Shown here piece by piece: positions 62,047 through 64,000 of a stretch of 64,000 bases of DNA. The notes beneath the pieces were generated by a model. That model was not told where the DNA came from, ran no database searches, and saw only the letters and a list, made by a program, of their open reading frames with translations. Each line of letters starts with the position of its first letter. Positions within the stretch are counted from its first letter, which is position 1. Source of the stretch: Sphingomicrobium sp. (GTDB lineage Bacteria; Pseudomonadota; Alphaproteobacteria; Sphingomonadales; Sphingomonadaceae); the NCBI GenBank assembly GCA_039925985.1, contig JBDSXT010000002.1, positions 2,945-66,944 on the forward strand, read 5' to 3'. Position numbers and translations under genes: made by a program.

Positions 62047-62743
62047 TCCGCCAGCGGTTTTCGCTTCGCTCGATCCGGAAACATTCCGTTAGCTCCTCAC
62101 TTGTCAGCATAACCTTGGGGGGAAGGTCGGCGGCGATACGTCCGTCGTCCAGCAGCAGCACCCGATCAAAAGCCTCGACGCGGTCGATGTCGTGGAGCGA
62201 GACGATTGCCGAACAACGCGTCCCGCGCACTGTGTCGCGCAGCAATTCGAGGGTCTTGAGCACCCAATAGGGGTCCAGGTTGGATAGCGCCTCATCAAGC
62301 AGCAGGAGGCGCGGCGACGATGCCAGCGCACGAGCCAGGAGCACCCGCGCGCGCTCACCGGTCGAGAGTTGGTTGGCCGGCCGCTCGGCCAAGGCGCGGA
62401 GTTCCAGCTTGTCGAGTAATTCATCGACGCGCTCAGGCTCAGGACCGGTGAGACCCAAGCCAATTACCTCCCGAGCGCGAATTGGCCACACGAGGTCTCG
62501 CGACGCCGGCAGGAAGCTTAGCAGGCGTGAGCGGTGCGCGGGCGACGCAGACGACAGTAGCTCGTCGTCGACCGCAGCGTTCCCGCCCGACATCTCGATT
62601 GCCGCCAGCGCCCGCAGCAGGCTGGTCTTGCCGCTGCCGTTGGGGCCGATCAGCGCGACCATCGAACCGGCCGCGATGTCGAGGTCGGTGGGATCGAGGC
62701 GGCCGGCGAGCGCGATCGCTCGCGCTTTGAGAAGTGGCGTCAT
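62012..62743 (-). CDS. ABC transporter ATPase (iron-chelate/cobalamin type)
   Basis: [21 protein letters not shown]-loop. Confidence 0.88.
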   Translation of the reverse strand: MTPLLKARAIALAGRLDPTDLDIAAGSMVALIGPNGSGKTSLLRALAAIEMSGGNAAVDDELLSSASPAHRSRLLSFLPASRDLVWPIRAREVIGLGLTGPEPERVDELLDKLELRALAERPANQLSTGERARVLLARALASSPRLLLLDEALSNLDPYWVLKTLELLRDTVRGTRCSAIVSLHDIDRVEAFDRVLLLDDGRIAADLPPKVMLTSEELTECFRIERSENRWRIRPVEGPRSSP

Positions 62744-62747
62744 AACG

Positions 62748-63716
62748 TCACCGCTCAAGCATCCTGTGCCGCATGCCAACCAAGAGCCAGACGAACAGCG
62801 GCGTGCCAACGACGGTGGTCAGAATGCCCACCGGGATCGCCCGTCCTGCCGGGGCGAAGCGCACCGCGAGGTCTGCGAGAACGAGCAGGATGGCGCCGAT
62901 CGCCGCGGCCGGTAAAAGCGCACGCCCAGGGTGGCCGCCGCTGATGCGCCGCGCGGCATAAGGCGCGATCAGGCCGACGAAGCCGATCGCACCGCACACG
63001 GACACGCAAGCCCCAACCGCAATTGCGGACAACGCCACAACCTCGCGCCCGAGGCGGCGTGGCGGATAACCGAGCGACGCCGCGACGTCGTCGCCCAACG
63101 CCATCAGGTCAAGCGCTCGGGCGCGCGTGATCAACAGAGCGCAAGCCAGCCCGGCGGGGATCAGCGCCGCCGCGGCCTGGGGAAGGCTGCGGTCAACGAA
63201 GCTTCCCATCAGCCACTCGAAGCTATCGTAGAACGCAAACGGGGAGGGGGCGAGCGCCAGCAACAGGCTGGTTGCAGCACCGGCGGCAAGGGCGATTGCG
63301 ACTCCGGCCAAAAGCAGGGTTGCGGTATCGCTGCGACGTCCGGCCAGCAGGATCAGTCCGAGCAGCGCCAGTCCCGCTCCACCGGCTCCGAAAGCGGCGA
63401 GCGCCAGTGGATCGACAATCCCGAACCAATAGGCGCCGAGGACCGCGCCCAGCGCCGCACCACTGCTGCTGCCGGTCGTATCGGGAGACGCCAGCGGATT
63501 GGCAAACATCGCCTGCATCGCAGCGCCGGTCATGCCGAGAACCGCGCCGTAGCCGGCCGCGAGCAGCGTCCTCGGCAGGCGCAGCTCGGTCAGCAATAGA
63601 GCGGCAAGGCGGGAGTCGGTTCGCCGAACTTCGAGCAACGGCCCTAGCGGCAGCAAAAGATGCAACACCATCAAGAGTAGCAATCCAGCGCTCAACAAGA
63701 CGAAGGGACGGGTCAT
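62748..63716 (-). CDS. FecCD/BtuC family permease
   Basis: LRLPR, NPLASP, GAIGFVGLIAP, PVG. Confidence 0.92.
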   Translation of the reverse strand: MTRPFVLLSAGLLLLMVLHLLLPLGPLLEVRRTDSRLAALLLTELRLPRTLLAAGYGAVLGMTGAAMQAMFANPLASPDTTGSSSGAALGAVLGAYWFGIVDPLALAAFGAGGAGLALLGLILLAGRRSDTATLLLAGVAIALAAGAATSLLLALAPSPFAFYDSFEWLMGSFVDRSLPQAAAALIPAGLACALLITRARALDLMALGDDVAASLGYPPRRLGREVVALSAIAVGACVSVCGAIGFVGLIAPYAARRISGGHPGRALLPAAAIGAILLVLADLAVRFAPAGRAIPVGILTTVVGTPLFVWLLVGMRHRMLER

Positions 63717-64000
63717 CGGGCTGCTGCCCGCAGTCGTTCGATCTCGGCGATCATCAGTGGCCCCATGCACGTCCAGGGGCGGCCGTCAGTCGTCAATCGC
63801 CGAGCCTTGGCGTTGCGAACGATCGGATGATCAAGCCACCGCGTTCCGCTCGAGACCTGCGCGCTTCGGTAACGGCTGTAGACCAGCACCGCGGGCGGGC
63901 GGACGAGCAGCGTCTCCAGGCTGGCGCGTCCGCCGGGCAGCGGGCGTTGCGCGAGGCCGGCCAGCCGCAGCCACCGGGCTCCGATCGACCCGGTCGCTAG
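63713..64000 (-). CDS. Periplasmic substrate-binding protein of the same ABC system (3' part)
   Basis: Manual translation ...SLETLLVRPP..WLDHPIV..WTCMGPLMIAEIERLR*; stop overlaps the permease start. Confidence 0.7.
   Translation of the reverse strand, partial: LATGSIGARWLRLAGLAQRPLPGGRASLETLLVRPPAVLVYSRYRSAQVSSGTRWLDHPIVRNAKARRLTTDGRPWTCMGPLMIAEIERLRAAAR

Overview
High-GC alphaproteobacterial chromosome, most likely Sphingomonadales: the bamA-skp-fabZ cluster lacks lpxD/lpxA/lpxB, and tRNA-His keeps G-1:C73. The backbone is mostly housekeeping. It contains a complete Pho locus (pstS2, OprO/P porin, phoR, pstSCAB, phoU, phoB) with two clear Pho-box arrays, then tRNA-His, a Leu/Phe/Val dehydrogenase, ccmCDEFGHI, ald, kup, tRNA-Met, proS, lolCE/D, dnaE, mtgA, alaS, a Kef-type antiporter, icd, psd-pssA, rpsB-tsf-pyrH-frr-uppS-cdsA-dxr-rseP-bamA-skp-fabZ and a FecCD/Btu-type ABC transporter. 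There are two accessory patches (about 20.0-23.1 kb and 31.9-42.4 kb). I found no transposase, integrase, prophage or CRISPR array. The best leads are: (1) a NUDIX-DUF47 fusion upstream of a Pit phosphate transporter, apparently starting at an ATC codon; (2) a LexA-boxed small membrane protein divergent from rpsB, a candidate SOS division inhibitor; (3) a divergent PurD-like ATP-grasp ligase overlapping a SET-domain gene that has an attenuator-like leader; (4) a structured sRNA candidate upstream of proS whose terminator is duplicated around two WGxxGxxG-type proteins; (5) a palindromic repeat translated in-frame inside uppS; (6) a PhoR with no membrane anchor. All calls come from reading motifs by eye; no database searches were run.
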